Assembly: GCA_963796455.1 (NCBI GenBank)
Contig: CAWCLO010000008.1
Location: forward strand, 1-64,000
Reading direction: 5' to 3'
Length of the DNA: 64,000 nt
Origin: Candidatus Sulfomarinibacteraceae bacterium
Lineage (GTDB): Bacteria > Acidobacteriota > Thermoanaerobaculia > Thermoanaerobaculales > Sulfomarinibacteraceae
A program made the position numbers and the translations under genes. Below, piece by piece: positions 20,498-30,669 of this stretch (position 1 is its first letter; every line of letters begins with the position of its first letter). The notes beneath the pieces were generated by a model. That model searched no databases and was not told where the DNA came from. It saw only the letters and a list, made by a program, of their open reading frames with translations.

Positions 20498-22549
20498 CTA
20501 TGTTTTTGCTTTGTCGTCACCGTCCGACGGATCAGTTTCCTTTTGTTGTGCGACAGATCCAGCGTCCGTGGTCTCCCCGTTGCGTCGGCGCATTCTCTCG
20601 ATCCGTTTGTCGATGACCCGCTGCGTCTCTTTGCGAGCCTCCTCGAGATGACCGGGATGCTCGTGCTCATACATTTCCTCCGGCATCTGGCCGGTGAGCC
20701 AACTCGGGTTCATCGGATAGACGTGGGGGTGGAAGATCACGGAGTAAAAGTGCCAGACGAAGATCGCCAGTGATGCCAGCCATGCCTCCCAGAAATGGAT
20801 GACCAGGGCCACATCGAGCACGCCCTTGGGAAGAAACTGGATGAACCAGTTGTCGAACCACAGCATGAGACCGGTGATGACCATGACGACGGTGCCCCAC
20901 ACCAGGGCCCAGTATTCGGCCTTTTCAACGTAGTTGAATCGTTGGATGCACTCCATGCGCGGTCTGAGACCGAGGTTGTAGAGCATCCGCCGGAGGAAGA
21001 AGCGGAAGTCGCGTGGGATCGGCATCATGTCCTTGATGAACAAACGGCCGCGCCGTGAGAAGAGGAAGAGCGTGTGCCACAGGATTGTCCCCATAAAGCC
21101 GACTGCGGCCGCCCTGTGCAGGATTCCGCGGACCTCGAAGCCGCCTTCCCAACCGAAGAAGAGGCGCGAAATGAACCCCTGGTCGTAGCGTAGGGCAAAC
21201 CCAGAGACGACCAACGTGATGAAGGTGATGGCGAGGAGCGCGTGCTGGACGACCTCGTCAATGTGCATGCGCAGGATCTGCGGTCGTTGTTTGGTCATGT
21301 TGACGAGATGGCGCATGAGATCGATGACCCAGTGCAGGATCATCAGACCGATGATGATCGCGATAGCGACGATGTAGATCTTTTCGACCACATCGGCCGC
21401 GGGAGTGCGCAGACCCTGGCCGCCGATGCCGTGGATCGGTGTGTTGGCGATCTTCTCGGAGATATTCGGGTGGCACTCACCACAGGTGGCCCGCAGATTG
21501 TTGGGGTTGACGGTCGAAGTCGGGTCGGAGCTCGCCAGGATACGGTGCACCCCGTGGCAGGAGGCGCAATTGGCGACGTGGGTGTCGCCGGACTTCGATT
21601 TGAGACCGTGGTAGGAATCGATGAAGGTGGTCAGACGGCCGGTTTTGATGTCGTACTTTTCGTTGAGCACCGCCGACTCGTGACACGGCGAACAGGTCAT
21701 TTCGGCGACCTTGGAACCGGAAACCGGAGAAAGCGGATCGTCGGGCGACAGGATCCCGTGCTCGCCGTGGCAGTCGGTGCACACCGGCGCATCGGTTTCT
21801 CCGCGGGCCACCAACTGACCGTGGATGCCCTCCCAAAAATCTCCCTCAACGCCCTTGTGGCACTGGCCGCAGGTTTTTGGGATGTTGAAGTGATTGATGC
21901 TCGACTCCTGTGATCCCGGCGACAGGATCTTGTGCGATGTGCCTCCGGTGGAGTGGCAATCGTTGCAGCTTGCAGCGACGTAGACCCCGCCGCGCGACGC
22001 CTGACCGTGAACCGAGCGCGCGTAGATCTGGATGGGATGGTCGATCAATATGTCGTACTTGGCGGTGAGATCGAGGTCTTCGTGGCATTTGCCGCAGGTC
22101 TGCGGCAGGTTGGTCGGGTGGGTCATCGATCGTTTGACGGTCGGCGGCAGGATGTCGTGCGATCCGTGACAATCCGAGCAGTGCGGCATGTCCTCGCATT
22201 CGCCGAGGCGGGCGCGACCGTGCGCCTGGTACTCCTCGGCAGCATCCTCATGACAGCTTCGGCACGCGCTGCAGCCGACGTTGAAATCCTCGGCAGGTGG
22301 CCGGTGGGGAACGGTGTCGCGGTCAGTATGACAGCTGAGACACTCGAGACCGTCGTGGGCCGAGTGGGAGACCTCGTCGGCAAATGCGGAGCCGCGGGGG
22401 CTGGCCTCGTGACAGTCGGCACACGCCGAACTGTCGATGGGCTCGTACTCATCCTCCTGAGCCGAGATCGGGGCTGCCGGCATCAGGATGACTGCGATGA
22501 TCATGATCGGGAGCATCAGGAGAAAAAGACGATCCTTGGTGGAGCTCAT
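20498..22549 (-). CDS. Multiheme cytochrome c (11 CxxCH) fused to a cytochrome b membrane domain (CbcL-like)
   Basis: Signal peptide; 11 CxxCH counted; C-terminal QH..L, HR.AA, EKAEYWA..WG, HFWEA.LA..WHFY, EHEHP. Confidence 0.88.
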   Translation of the reverse strand: MSSTKDRLFLLMLPIMIIAVILMPAAPISAQEDEYEPIDSSACADCHEASPRGSAFADEVSHSAHDGLECLSCHTDRDTVPHRPPAEDFNVGCSACRSCHEDAAEEYQAHGRARLGECEDMPHCSDCHGSHDILPPTVKRSMTHPTNLPQTCGKCHEDLDLTAKYDILIDHPIQIYARSVHGQASRGGVYVAASCNDCHSTGGTSHKILSPGSQESSINHFNIPKTCGQCHKGVEGDFWEGIHGQLVARGETDAPVCTDCHGEHGILSPDDPLSPVSGSKVAEMTCSPCHESAVLNEKYDIKTGRLTTFIDSYHGLKSKSGDTHVANCASCHGVHRILASSDPTSTVNPNNLRATCGECHPNISEKIANTPIHGIGGQGLRTPAADVVEKIYIVAIAIIIGLMILHWVIDLMRHLVNMTKQRPQILRMHIDEVVQHALLAITFITLVVSGFALRYDQGFISRLFFGWEGGFEVRGILHRAAAVGFMGTILWHTLFLFSRRGRLFIKDMMPIPRDFRFFLRRMLYNLGLRPRMECIQRFNYVEKAEYWALVWGTVVMVITGLMLWFDNWFIQFLPKGVLDVALVIHFWEAWLASLAIFVWHFYSVIFHPHVYPMNPSWLTGQMPEEMYEHEHPGHLEEARKETQRVIDKRIERMRRRNGETTDAGSVAQQKETDPSDGDDKAKT

Positions 22550-22742
22550 GGCGCGGCCCTCCACTCCCCATTGTGGATTGCTAACCGAAGATGTCAAGCT
22601 CAAAAGTCTTTTGTTTTCTAATGGTTGCATTATTGACCATATGGCCAATTCTCTAAGTTACCGTAGCGAAAACTCTTCCGAACAAGATGCGCTGGAGACT
22701 GCGTATCGGTCGCCCAGTTTGCCGTCCTTGGTCGTCATCGTT

Positions 22743-23123
22743 TCAGAAGAAATCGACAGAGGCTGTCCTTCTTCGTGGGCCGTCAAGTTCGACAAAGAAG
22801 ATGCCCTGCCAGGTCCCGAGGCGGAGGCGGCCGTCAGCAACGGGCACGGTCACCGAGCTGCCGAGAAGGGTCGCCATGAGGTGGGCGTCGGAGTTGCCCT
22901 CGGCGTGGGCAAACGGGATGTCGGGCACCATCGCCTGGTAGGCTTTGACCAGATCGCGGGCGACATCCGGATCGGCGTGCTCGTTGATCACGATCGCGGC
23001 TGTGGTGTGCGGTACGAAGACGTGACACAGACCCGCCTCGACTCCTTCGATCGTTGCTGCGACCTTTCGTGTGATGTCGATCATCTCGTGGCGGGAACCG
23101 GTACGTATCTCGATGGTCTTCAT
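22743..23123 (-). CDS. yjbQ: YjbQ/UPF0047 family protein
   Basis: HTTAA..INE.ADPDV, EGNSDAH, LGTWQGIF..E.DGPR. Confidence 0.93.
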   Translation of the reverse strand: MKTIEIRTGSRHEMIDITRKVAATIEGVEAGLCHVFVPHTTAAIVINEHADPDVARDLVKAYQAMVPDIPFAHAEGNSDAHLMATLLGSSVTVPVADGRLRLGTWQGIFFVELDGPRRRTASVDFF

Positions 23124-25105
23124 GATGGATGCCTCCAGTGTTCTTGGTGGACCAGACGATAGGCTTCGGCAAGATAGGTCACCCGCCGCACGTAATTGTA
23201 GGTCTCCGGCACCGGAATCTCCTCGGTGAAGCGCTGCCGATCAGGCCATATTTTTATCCATTTTCTCACCCGGGTCATACCGCCGTTGTAGGCCGCGAGT
23301 GCCGGTTCGACGGCCCCGAAACGGCGCAGCAAAAACGCCAGTTCCCTCGCACCGAGACGGATGTTGAGCTCGGGGTCCAGAAGATCGGGTGGTGACGGAA
23401 GACCGAGGGACCGGGCGTGGCCGCGGGCGGTGCTCGGCAGGAGTTGCAGCACACCAACCGCGCCCCGTGGGGACCTTGCATGGGCAGTGAATCCACTCTC
23501 TTGCCTGCCGATAGCGGCGATCAGCCACGGGTCGACGCCGAATTCTCGAGCGGCCTCGACCAGGGCATCGCTCCATCTCAGCGGCAGGTACTCGATGACC
23601 ACATTCTTGGGAACACCTTCCATTGCGACCGTGCCGAGTTTGGGGTATCCAGCCCGCAACCAACGGATGTGGTCGGTTGCAAAGCCCTGGTCCTGGGCGA
23701 GTTCGGCCGCGGCGATGGCCTCACCGGGAGTCGTGCTGCGATCAAATCGGATTCGACGCCATTCGCGAACCGCATCCCCTTCCAGGCCTGCTGTAATCAA
23801 CCGCTGCACCGATTCCGGTGCTGTCCCTGCCGTTACGGTCACGGGCAGATCAACAGCGTCGGGAGCATCGAGATCCAGAATCTCTCGCGCCCAGATCCCA
23901 TAGAGGTCGGCAAAACCGGCGTTTGAAAGATGCTCCAGTCCCGTCAGGTCGGTCATCGCCCGCCTCGCGGACCAGAAGCTCAAACACCTCTGTTGCGATG
24001 GCATCGTTCGGGCCAGCTCTGCAATTGTCTGCGCGGAGGCTCCGTTGCGGACAAGATTGATGCCGAGGCGGCGGCCAAGCCATTCGCGTTTTGAATCACT
24101 CCAACCGAGGGCCTCGAGACGCCACCAGCTTTCGAGTGCGGAATCCAGGTTGCCCGTTTCGGTGCCGCACTCGAGCAAAAGGGTCAGAGCCATCACCCGC
24201 AGTTCGTCATCTCCGCCGGCAGCCAGAGAGCTGCCCGCTGCGGACCGGCAATCATTGAAAACACTTTTTTCTCCGCGCCCCGGGAACAGGTGCCACGCGC
24301 GGTTGCGGTATGCCTGGGCCCTCAAGACAAGGTCTTCCGCGGTCGCTGCCTTTCCCGAAGGCAGAGCCTTCAATGCTCGCAATGGCGCACCCGATTGCAG
24401 CTCTGCTCTGGCAAGTTCGCGCCTCCGCTCGAGATCAACCTCGCCCGTGAAGCGTTGTGACCGCATTTCTGCGGCGGCCCGCTTCGGCGAGCCCTGGAGT
24501 CTCCAGGCACGGGCCCGTTCCACTCTCGAAGCCGGCGGCAGGCCTGCAAGGAGCTTTTGATCGAGTGCCTGGTCGTGGGATCGGAGGCGGCGAGGAGATG
24601 TCACAACGAGTCGTTGTGCCGCATCGAGCCGCACTTCGAGATTATTGCTGTCGAGCAAAAGGGCGTCCGCCCTTGGTTGAAGATTGGCGGCCAGCAAGGC
24701 GCGTTCGCCGAGGATTGCATCAAAGGCCCCGTCACGGTGAAGGGCGGTTATCAACGCCAGACGCGCGCGGTCGGCAAGATCGGCCGGTGGGTGGTCTGCG
24801 AGGTATACCCGCCACTCTTCGCCGCCGACCTCGGCCCGTTTGAGGCAATCGGCCCACACGATAAACCGGACCCGCTCGAGGCCGGGCCCCGAACCTGCCT
24901 CGGCAAAGAGCGAAGCTGCTAAGAGGGGGTCGGTCGACGCCGCGGCAAAGGCCTGGTCCAGCAATTCCTCGCGCGCGTCATCACGGATCTCGGTCGTCGG
25001 AACGGCACACGCACTCAAGACGACAAGCGCAAGCGCGAGCCCATACCCGTGCCGATGCCGCGGTTTCAGGTTATGAGACCTGCGGCGAGACGAACGCACC
25101 CTCAC
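23120..25105 (-). CDS. Soluble lytic transglycosylase (Slt-type) lipoprotein
   Basis: Lipobox LSAC; RQESGF, GAVGVLQL, AYNGG, ETYNYV. Confidence 0.88.
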   Translation of the reverse strand: MRVRSSRRRSHNLKPRHRHGYGLALALVVLSACAVPTTEIRDDAREELLDQAFAAASTDPLLAASLFAEAGSGPGLERVRFIVWADCLKRAEVGGEEWRVYLADHPPADLADRARLALITALHRDGAFDAILGERALLAANLQPRADALLLDSNNLEVRLDAAQRLVVTSPRRLRSHDQALDQKLLAGLPPASRVERARAWRLQGSPKRAAAEMRSQRFTGEVDLERRRELARAELQSGAPLRALKALPSGKAATAEDLVLRAQAYRNRAWHLFPGRGEKSVFNDCRSAAGSSLAAGGDDELRVMALTLLLECGTETGNLDSALESWWRLEALGWSDSKREWLGRRLGINLVRNGASAQTIAELARTMPSQQRCLSFWSARRAMTDLTGLEHLSNAGFADLYGIWAREILDLDAPDAVDLPVTVTAGTAPESVQRLITAGLEGDAVREWRRIRFDRSTTPGEAIAAAELAQDQGFATDHIRWLRAGYPKLGTVAMEGVPKNVVIEYLPLRWSDALVEAAREFGVDPWLIAAIGRQESGFTAHARSPRGAVGVLQLLPSTARGHARSLGLPSPPDLLDPELNIRLGARELAFLLRRFGAVEPALAAYNGGMTRVRKWIKIWPDRQRFTEEIPVPETYNYVRRVTYLAEAYRLVHQEHWRHPS

Positions 25106-26700
25106 ATGAGGAGCGCTTCGGCGTCGCCGTCTGCGAGGATGCGAACCAGTTCGTCCTGGAAATAGTCGTGATCCTGACGGATCTCCGGTGAGATTCTCTT
25201 CTCGTACATCTCCCGGCTGCGATCGATGTCTTCCTTGAGACGTTTTCCAAGATCTTTGGCGGCACGGCCCCGATCGACCTCTTCCTCGTTGTAGAGCTTG
25301 ATCTCCGACACCAGGAGCCGGGCAAACCGCCGCGCCTCTTCCAACCTGGCTTCATCTTCGGGAGAGCGACCAAAATCGATCTGCCCTTCCTCCGACGGGG
25401 GCTCCTCGACCGGTGGTTCGACCGGGCGGACCGGCGGCGGGGCATCGAATTCGCTCGCAACCGGCGGTGCTTCCACCTCCGCGGCGACCTCGGCCGGCGG
25501 CGCTTCGGGTTCCGGCTCTTCTTCGCCGCCGAAATCGGGCGTCATCAAGTCTTGACCCACCTCGACCCGCACAGTTGCCGAAGGATCAAAACCGGCATCG
25601 GCGGTCACGTCTTCGGCTGGAGAAGGCTCGAAATCATAGTCCATTTCCATGGCTTCGACGGGTTCAGCCTGGACCGGATCCTGAACGGCCTCCGGTATTT
25701 CTTCCACCGCAACCGGTTCAAAATCTATCGCATCTGCAACGACGGGTTCCGGTTCGGGTTCCGGCACGGGCTCGGGTTCGGGTTCGGATACAGGTTCTGG
25801 TTCAGGTAAAGGTTCAGGATCCGGTATCGCGACGACCTCCGCCGCGACCGGCGCTGCTTCGATCGGTTCTGGTGATACCGGTTCATCCTCGAAGGTAATT
25901 TCCGGAACTTCCTCCAAGGCTTCCAGTTCCGGAGCGGCCTCAAAGGCATCGACCGAAGCCGCCTCGGGCGGCGGCGCCACAACCTCGATCTCGGCCAACA
26001 TCGGTGATGGGACCGTCGTTCGATGTTGCAGGGTGTCGATCAACCAGCACGCGACGGCATTGAGCGCCTGGGCCGAATCCACATCCCAACTCTGGTCACC
26101 GTCATGGTCGATATAGATCATCCCCATGAGTTTGCCGCGGAGGCTGATCGGCAACAGAACCGCCTCCTCGGGGATGTTCGTTCCGGCCAACCAGCTGGAA
26201 ATCAGCGGATCGGTTCGCGGCGCGAAACAAAGTGGTTTGGCGGTTTCAACCAGGCGTTGAAAATCAGGCGATGCTGCGACCCCGCCATGCCAACCGCGCA
26301 GGGCTTCGGAATCGTCAAAGCCGAGCCCGCTCCACGCGGTGACGATCCCGTCACGAATAACCAGCACAACGGCACGACCGACATGATCAGCCATCATCGG
26401 CAGAAGCGATCGGAGCAGCTCGGACTGGCTGCGAGCCCCTTCGAGGACCCGGAGGTTATCGAGGGTGACGCCGCCGCTCGCCGTCGGCTGGGAGCGCAGT
26501 TCGGCGATCATCGCTTCGACCTCGGCGACCGGAAGAAGGTCCTCGGCCTCCGCAGTCTGAGCGCTCTGAACAGTCGACTTGGCGGTGTGAATCAACTCCT
26601 CGAGGCTGGCAACGACGGTGTCCAGCCGATTTGCAACTGAGTCGCGTCCACGAGCCTGCGCCTGTTTGAGATGCTCGAGAATGGCATCGAAGCGGTCCAT
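25102..26700 (-). CDS. GAF-like domain + acidic/Pro-rich linker + conserved helical C-terminal domain
   Basis: LLPISLRGKLMGMIYID; EPEP repeats; ARRFARLLVSEIKLYNE. Confidence 0.7.
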   Translation of the reverse strand: MDRFDAILEHLKQAQARGRDSVANRLDTVVASLEELIHTAKSTVQSAQTAEAEDLLPVAEVEAMIAELRSQPTASGGVTLDNLRVLEGARSQSELLRSLLPMMADHVGRAVVLVIRDGIVTAWSGLGFDDSEALRGWHGGVAASPDFQRLVETAKPLCFAPRTDPLISSWLAGTNIPEEAVLLPISLRGKLMGMIYIDHDGDQSWDVDSAQALNAVACWLIDTLQHRTTVPSPMLAEIEVVAPPPEAASVDAFEAAPELEALEEVPEITFEDEPVSPEPIEAAPVAAEVVAIPDPEPLPEPEPVSEPEPEPVPEPEPEPVVADAIDFEPVAVEEIPEAVQDPVQAEPVEAMEMDYDFEPSPAEDVTADAGFDPSATVRVEVGQDLMTPDFGGEEEPEPEAPPAEVAAEVEAPPVASEFDAPPPVRPVEPPVEEPPSEEGQIDFGRSPEDEARLEEARRFARLLVSEIKLYNEEEVDRGRAAKDLGKRLKEDIDRSREMYEKRISPEIRQDHDYFQDELVRILADGDAEALLM

Positions 26701-26910
26701 AGTGCCTCCAATTTTCGCCCTTAGATCATTATCGCCAGCTAGGCGACATTTCGTCAAGCGATTGATTTTACTCGCGATCCGAGTCGGTAACGGGGATCAC
26801 AGAGCTTCGGGGCCTGGGAGAAGTGGCCGCGGGACTGGATGCCGGGGAGTTGCAAAAGGCGTTGTCAGGTGGCCGGGATTCTGTTAGCGTGCGCAGCGAA
26901 GGGAGGAGCA

Positions 26911-27705
26911 ATGAAGAGAAACACAATCCTGCCCCTCGGCATCGCCTTGTTGGTTGTATTCTCCGTTGTCACCGGTTGTTCGCGAGGCCCGAGCGAAGAG
27001 GAGCTCAAACTCGCCGCCCTCGAGGATCAGTTGGCAACCCTACAGCAGCAGTATCAGGTCCTGCAGGAGGCGCGAACGGAACTCGCTACGGCGACCGCCA
27101 CATTAGCTGAGATCAGTGCCCTGAAGGAGCGCGATCTCAGTGAAGAACAGGTTGCTCAACTGGCTGAGCTCCCGACCCAGATCGACGCCCTGACCTCAAC
27201 CCGGGATGAGGCCTTTGATCCTGTCCAGGCAACGTTGGCTGATTTCCTCAATGTTGCCCTCAATGAATTCCCCGAGAATCCCGCGACGGTAAAGGGCCTG
27301 GATATTTATTCGGATGAGGCGATCTTGATCGCCGAAGAAACGGTGGTCAAATCAGGGGACTACAAGAAGGCCATCACCCAGCTTGACGCCGCCTTGAGTT
27401 ATTACGAATCACTCGATCTTCCGCCGAACCCAAACCTCACCGCCAAGCTCGCCAACCTCGACGAGATGCGGTTCATTACCCAAGAGCGCTTCGACCTCGT
27501 GACCAAGGGAATGACCAAAGAAGAGGTCAACGAGGTTGCCGGGGTGGCCTACTATCAGAATATCCAGATCGATGAAAAACGCGGCGTCGAAACGTGGCTT
27601 TATCGCAAGCGCGACGGAGGCGGTGCGGCTGTTTACTTCAAAACGAAAGATAACAAGGTCTACAACAAGAACTTCGAAGCGATCACGACCAAGGTCGTCG
27701 AGTAG
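26911..27705 (+). CDS. Lipoprotein with coiled coil and C-terminal BamE/SmpA-like domain
   Basis: GGAGGAG RBS; lipobox VTGC; 'KGMTKEEV...ETWLY'. Confidence 0.65.
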   Translation: MKRNTILPLGIALLVVFSVVTGCSRGPSEEELKLAALEDQLATLQQQYQVLQEARTELATATATLAEISALKERDLSEEQVAQLAELPTQIDALTSTRDEAFDPVQATLADFLNVALNEFPENPATVKGLDIYSDEAILIAEETVVKSGDYKKAITQLDAALSYYESLDLPPNPNLTAKLANLDEMRFITQERFDLVTKGMTKEEVNEVAGVAYYQNIQIDEKRGVETWLYRKRDGGGAAVYFKTKDNKVYNKNFEAITTKVVE

Positions 27706-27762
27706 CCCTTTTATAGCGCTTCGTCTGCCGCGGCGTTCCCTTTTTCGAGGCGAGCGCCGCGA

Positions 27763-27791
27763 TTGACGCTCTGGGGCATGGGTGCTATTCT
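27763..27791 (+). promoter_or_regulatory. Sigma70 promoter of rpsU
   Basis: TTGACG-17 nt-TATTCT with extended TG. Confidence 0.55.
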
Positions 27792-27860
27792 TCGGATCCG
27801 TTATGCGTGCGTCCCGGCATTGATACGGGAGCAATCGGCAACGAGAGGGGGTGAGTCTTT

Positions 27861-28073
27861 ATGCCAACAGGAGTCACAGTTCGTGACAACGAGTCCTTCG
27901 AACAGGCACTGCGCCGCTTCAAGCGGAAGTGTGAGAAGGCTGGCGTCCTCTCAGAAGTCAAACGTCGCCGTTTCTATGAAAAGCCCTCCGAGCGTAGAAA
28001 ACGGGAGATGATCCAAGCGCGCAAAAAGATGCTGCGCAAGATGGCTAAGCAACGCCGAGCAGGCCTGCTCTAG
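27861..28073 (+). CDS. rpsU: 30S ribosomal protein S21
   Basis: [23 protein letters not shown]. Confidence 0.97.
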   Translation: MPTGVTVRDNESFEQALRRFKRKCEKAGVLSEVKRRRFYEKPSERRKREMIQARKKMLRKMAKQRRAGLL

Positions 28074-28084
28074 TTTTTCCGTCA

Positions 28085-30454
28085 GTGGATCGTTCATACG
28101 CTCGAGAGCTCGAGTTCGACAAAATTATCGAATTGGTTGCGGCCCACGCTCGAACAGGCGTGGGCCGCACTGTTTTATCGGCTCTCAGCGGCCCGCTCGG
28201 GACGGTGTCCGAGGCGAGGCAAGCGGCGCAACTCTGTCGCGCCGTTCAATTGATGATCGAAGAGGATGAAGCGCTGGCCCTGGCCGGGATCGATGAGGCA
28301 GTTCCCTGGCTCGACCCTTCGGCTCCGCCACCAACCGAGCCGCGAGAGTTGCTGGCCCTTTTGACTCTCGCCCGTCGTGTGGCAAGTGTACGGCAGCGTC
28401 TCGCTGCAACCGACGATGTACTGCTCGAATCGATTGCCCGGGACCTTCCCGATACCGCTGATCTGGTCAGATCGGTGGCACCCCGCCTCGGCCGCGACGG
28501 CAAGATCTCGGACACCGCCTCACCCGAGATCACTCGATTGCGGCGGGAAATGGCTCGCGTGCGTTCCGAGGTGCTGGGGGCTCTCGAGGGAATTCGTCGA
28601 GCCCACCGGGATACCGTCACCGACGCTCCGCCGACCCTACGCCGCGATCGATACTGTCTACCGGTCAGGTCCTCGGCCCGATCGCAACTTCAGGGATTGT
28701 TGTTGGATGTTTCGGCGCGTGGTGCGACGTCCTTTGTCGAGCCCTTTGCGATCGTCGAACTCAACAATCGGTTGATCGCCGCCAGCGCCGGGGAGCGTGC
28801 GGAAATTCAGCGGATCTTGCGCGAGATCGCCGGTTTGTTCGCCGACAACCGAGAGGATCTCTTGCGCGCCGTCGACATCCTCGGAGAGCTCGATGCGGTG
28901 CAGGCAAAGGTCCTGTTCGGCCGAGCGATCGCCGGAAGGGTGATCGAGCCTGGAGACGGTTCCGATCTCGTGCTGCTTGGTGCAAGACATCCTTTGCTCG
29001 ACGAGCGCCTCTCCAGCCTTCGAAATCAGGTCTTCGGAGCCGAACGGCGCGACCCCGGCCACATCGCCGTACCGCTCGATTTTCGGCTGCCGGAAGGCGT
29101 GGCGACCATGGTCATCTCCGGGCCGAACGCCGGAGGCAAAACCATTGTCCTGAAAACCCTGGGCCTCATGGTCTTGATGGCGTTCCGGGGGATTCCAATC
29201 CCCATCAGCGAGGGCAGTTCGATTCCCCACCTCACCGGTTTGTGGTGCCACATCGGTGATGAACAGGATGTGGCAGCGGATCTGTCGACCTTCTCCGGCG
29301 CTATGGCTGCCACGGCTCGTTTGCTCGAGGATGCCTCACCGGAGACTCTGGTTCTCTTCGACGAACTCGGTGCGGGCACGGATCCGATGGAGGGGGCGGC
29401 CCTGGGTTGCGCCCTCCTCGAAGAGCTGACGGCTCGAGGATGTATCACTGTTGTCTCGACCCACCTCGCAGCGATAGCTCTTGCTGCGAATTCGAATGAC
29501 GCGATGGACAACGCGGCCATGGATTACGACGAAGCCACCGAGCGCCCGACCTACACCCTGACTGTCGGTCGACCGGGTCGTTCGAGGGCGCTCGAGATCG
29601 CCGATCGGATGGGTGTGATGTCTTCGGTCCTGGATCGTGCGCGCGAGCTGCTTGGTGGCGATCACCTCGAACTCGACAAGTGGTTGCGCCGCCTGGAAAT
29701 CCTCGAAAACGAGCTCGAAGCGGAAAGGCTTCTGCTTCGCCAACAGATGGCCGAGGCGGATGGGGTGCGCCGCGACGCGCGGCTCGAACTCGAACGTCTG
29801 GAAGCTGAGCGTCGCGAGCTTCCGGAAAAATTGCTGGCTGAAAGGGACGCGCTGCGGCGGCGCGCCAAAGAAAAGCTCGACAAGGCGATCGCCAGACTCA
29901 AAAAGGCTACCGAAGAACACGAAGCCCTCGGCAGGCGCCGCTTGGCCTCGCTCCGGGAGGAGGCGTTGCGACTCGATCTGCCCGGGAACGAGAGAGTGTC
30001 GCCACCGGATAAAGGCCTCGAACCGGGCGTTGCAGTCAAGCTCGAGATGGGCGGCCGTGGTGTGCTCCGCGAGGTGCGAGGCAGCAGGGCTCAGGTCGAG
30101 GTGTCGGGCAAGCGTCTGTGGGTGCCCTCGCAGGAACTGACCCTGATCGGGACCGCGCCGAAAACAACACCATCCAAGGTGAGGGTGGTCGCGGCCGAGA
30201 CCACTGCCAGAGAGCTCAAACTCATAGGACTCGACAGCGAACGTGCCCGCGAAGACCTGGAACGCTTTCTCGATCAGGCGCACACTTCGGGGCTTGCCGC
30301 GGTGCGGATCGTCCATGGCCACGGCACAGGCACCCTGAGGCGGATGGTCGCAGATGTCTGCCGCACTCACCCCGCGGTTCGCTCCTTTCGCCATCCACCG
30401 CAGAATCTCGGCGGAACAGGCGCTACCGAAGTCGAGCTGGACAATGGGGCATGA
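28085..30454 (+). CDS. mutS2: MutS2 with C-terminal Smr domain
   Basis: LEFDKI, SGPNAGGKT, DLSTFS, DELGAGTDP, VHGHGTG..GGTGAT. Confidence 0.96.
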   Translation: MDRSYARELEFDKIIELVAAHARTGVGRTVLSALSGPLGTVSEARQAAQLCRAVQLMIEEDEALALAGIDEAVPWLDPSAPPPTEPRELLALLTLARRVASVRQRLAATDDVLLESIARDLPDTADLVRSVAPRLGRDGKISDTASPEITRLRREMARVRSEVLGALEGIRRAHRDTVTDAPPTLRRDRYCLPVRSSARSQLQGLLLDVSARGATSFVEPFAIVELNNRLIAASAGERAEIQRILREIAGLFADNREDLLRAVDILGELDAVQAKVLFGRAIAGRVIEPGDGSDLVLLGARHPLLDERLSSLRNQVFGAERRDPGHIAVPLDFRLPEGVATMVISGPNAGGKTIVLKTLGLMVLMAFRGIPIPISEGSSIPHLTGLWCHIGDEQDVAADLSTFSGAMAATARLLEDASPETLVLFDELGAGTDPMEGAALGCALLEELTARGCITVVSTHLAAIALAANSNDAMDNAAMDYDEATERPTYTLTVGRPGRSRALEIADRMGVMSSVLDRARELLGGDHLELDKWLRRLEILENELEAERLLLRQQMAEADGVRRDARLELERLEAERRELPEKLLAERDALRRRAKEKLDKAIARLKKATEEHEALGRRRLASLREEALRLDLPGNERVSPPDKGLEPGVAVKLEMGGRGVLREVRGSRAQVEVSGKRLWVPSQELTLIGTAPKTTPSKVRVVAAETTARELKLIGLDSERAREDLERFLDQAHTSGLAAVRIVHGHGTGTLRRMVADVCRTHPAVRSFRHPPQNLGGTGATEVELDNGA

Positions 30455-30490
30455 AAGGATGGTCGATCGTTAACAGGGGCCTGGCTGGAA

Positions 30491-30610
30491 CGCTATGGAG
30501 CTATGAGCTATGAGCTATTGGGCTATGAGATCGCAAGTGAGGCTTTGTCTGAATTGGCCCACCGCCTCATAGCCAGGTCGCGCCGGCGGCCGATCATAGC
30601 CTCATAGCCT
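30491..30610. repeat. Inverted repeat arms (GCTATGA / TCATAGC)
   Basis: GCTATGGAGCTATGAGCTATGAGCTATTGGGCTATGAG ... CTCATAGCC..CATAGCCTCATAGCC. Confidence 0.75.
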
Positions 30611-30669
30611 TTTCTCTCCGCTGCCTCGTGACAGGCTGTTGAAATGACGCTGTGCGAAAATAGCCTCCT

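Noticed and set aside
25730..25825. GGTTCC/GGTTCG repeats as a DNA repeat element
   Set aside because: They encode the Glu-Pro linker of the 25102-26700 protein
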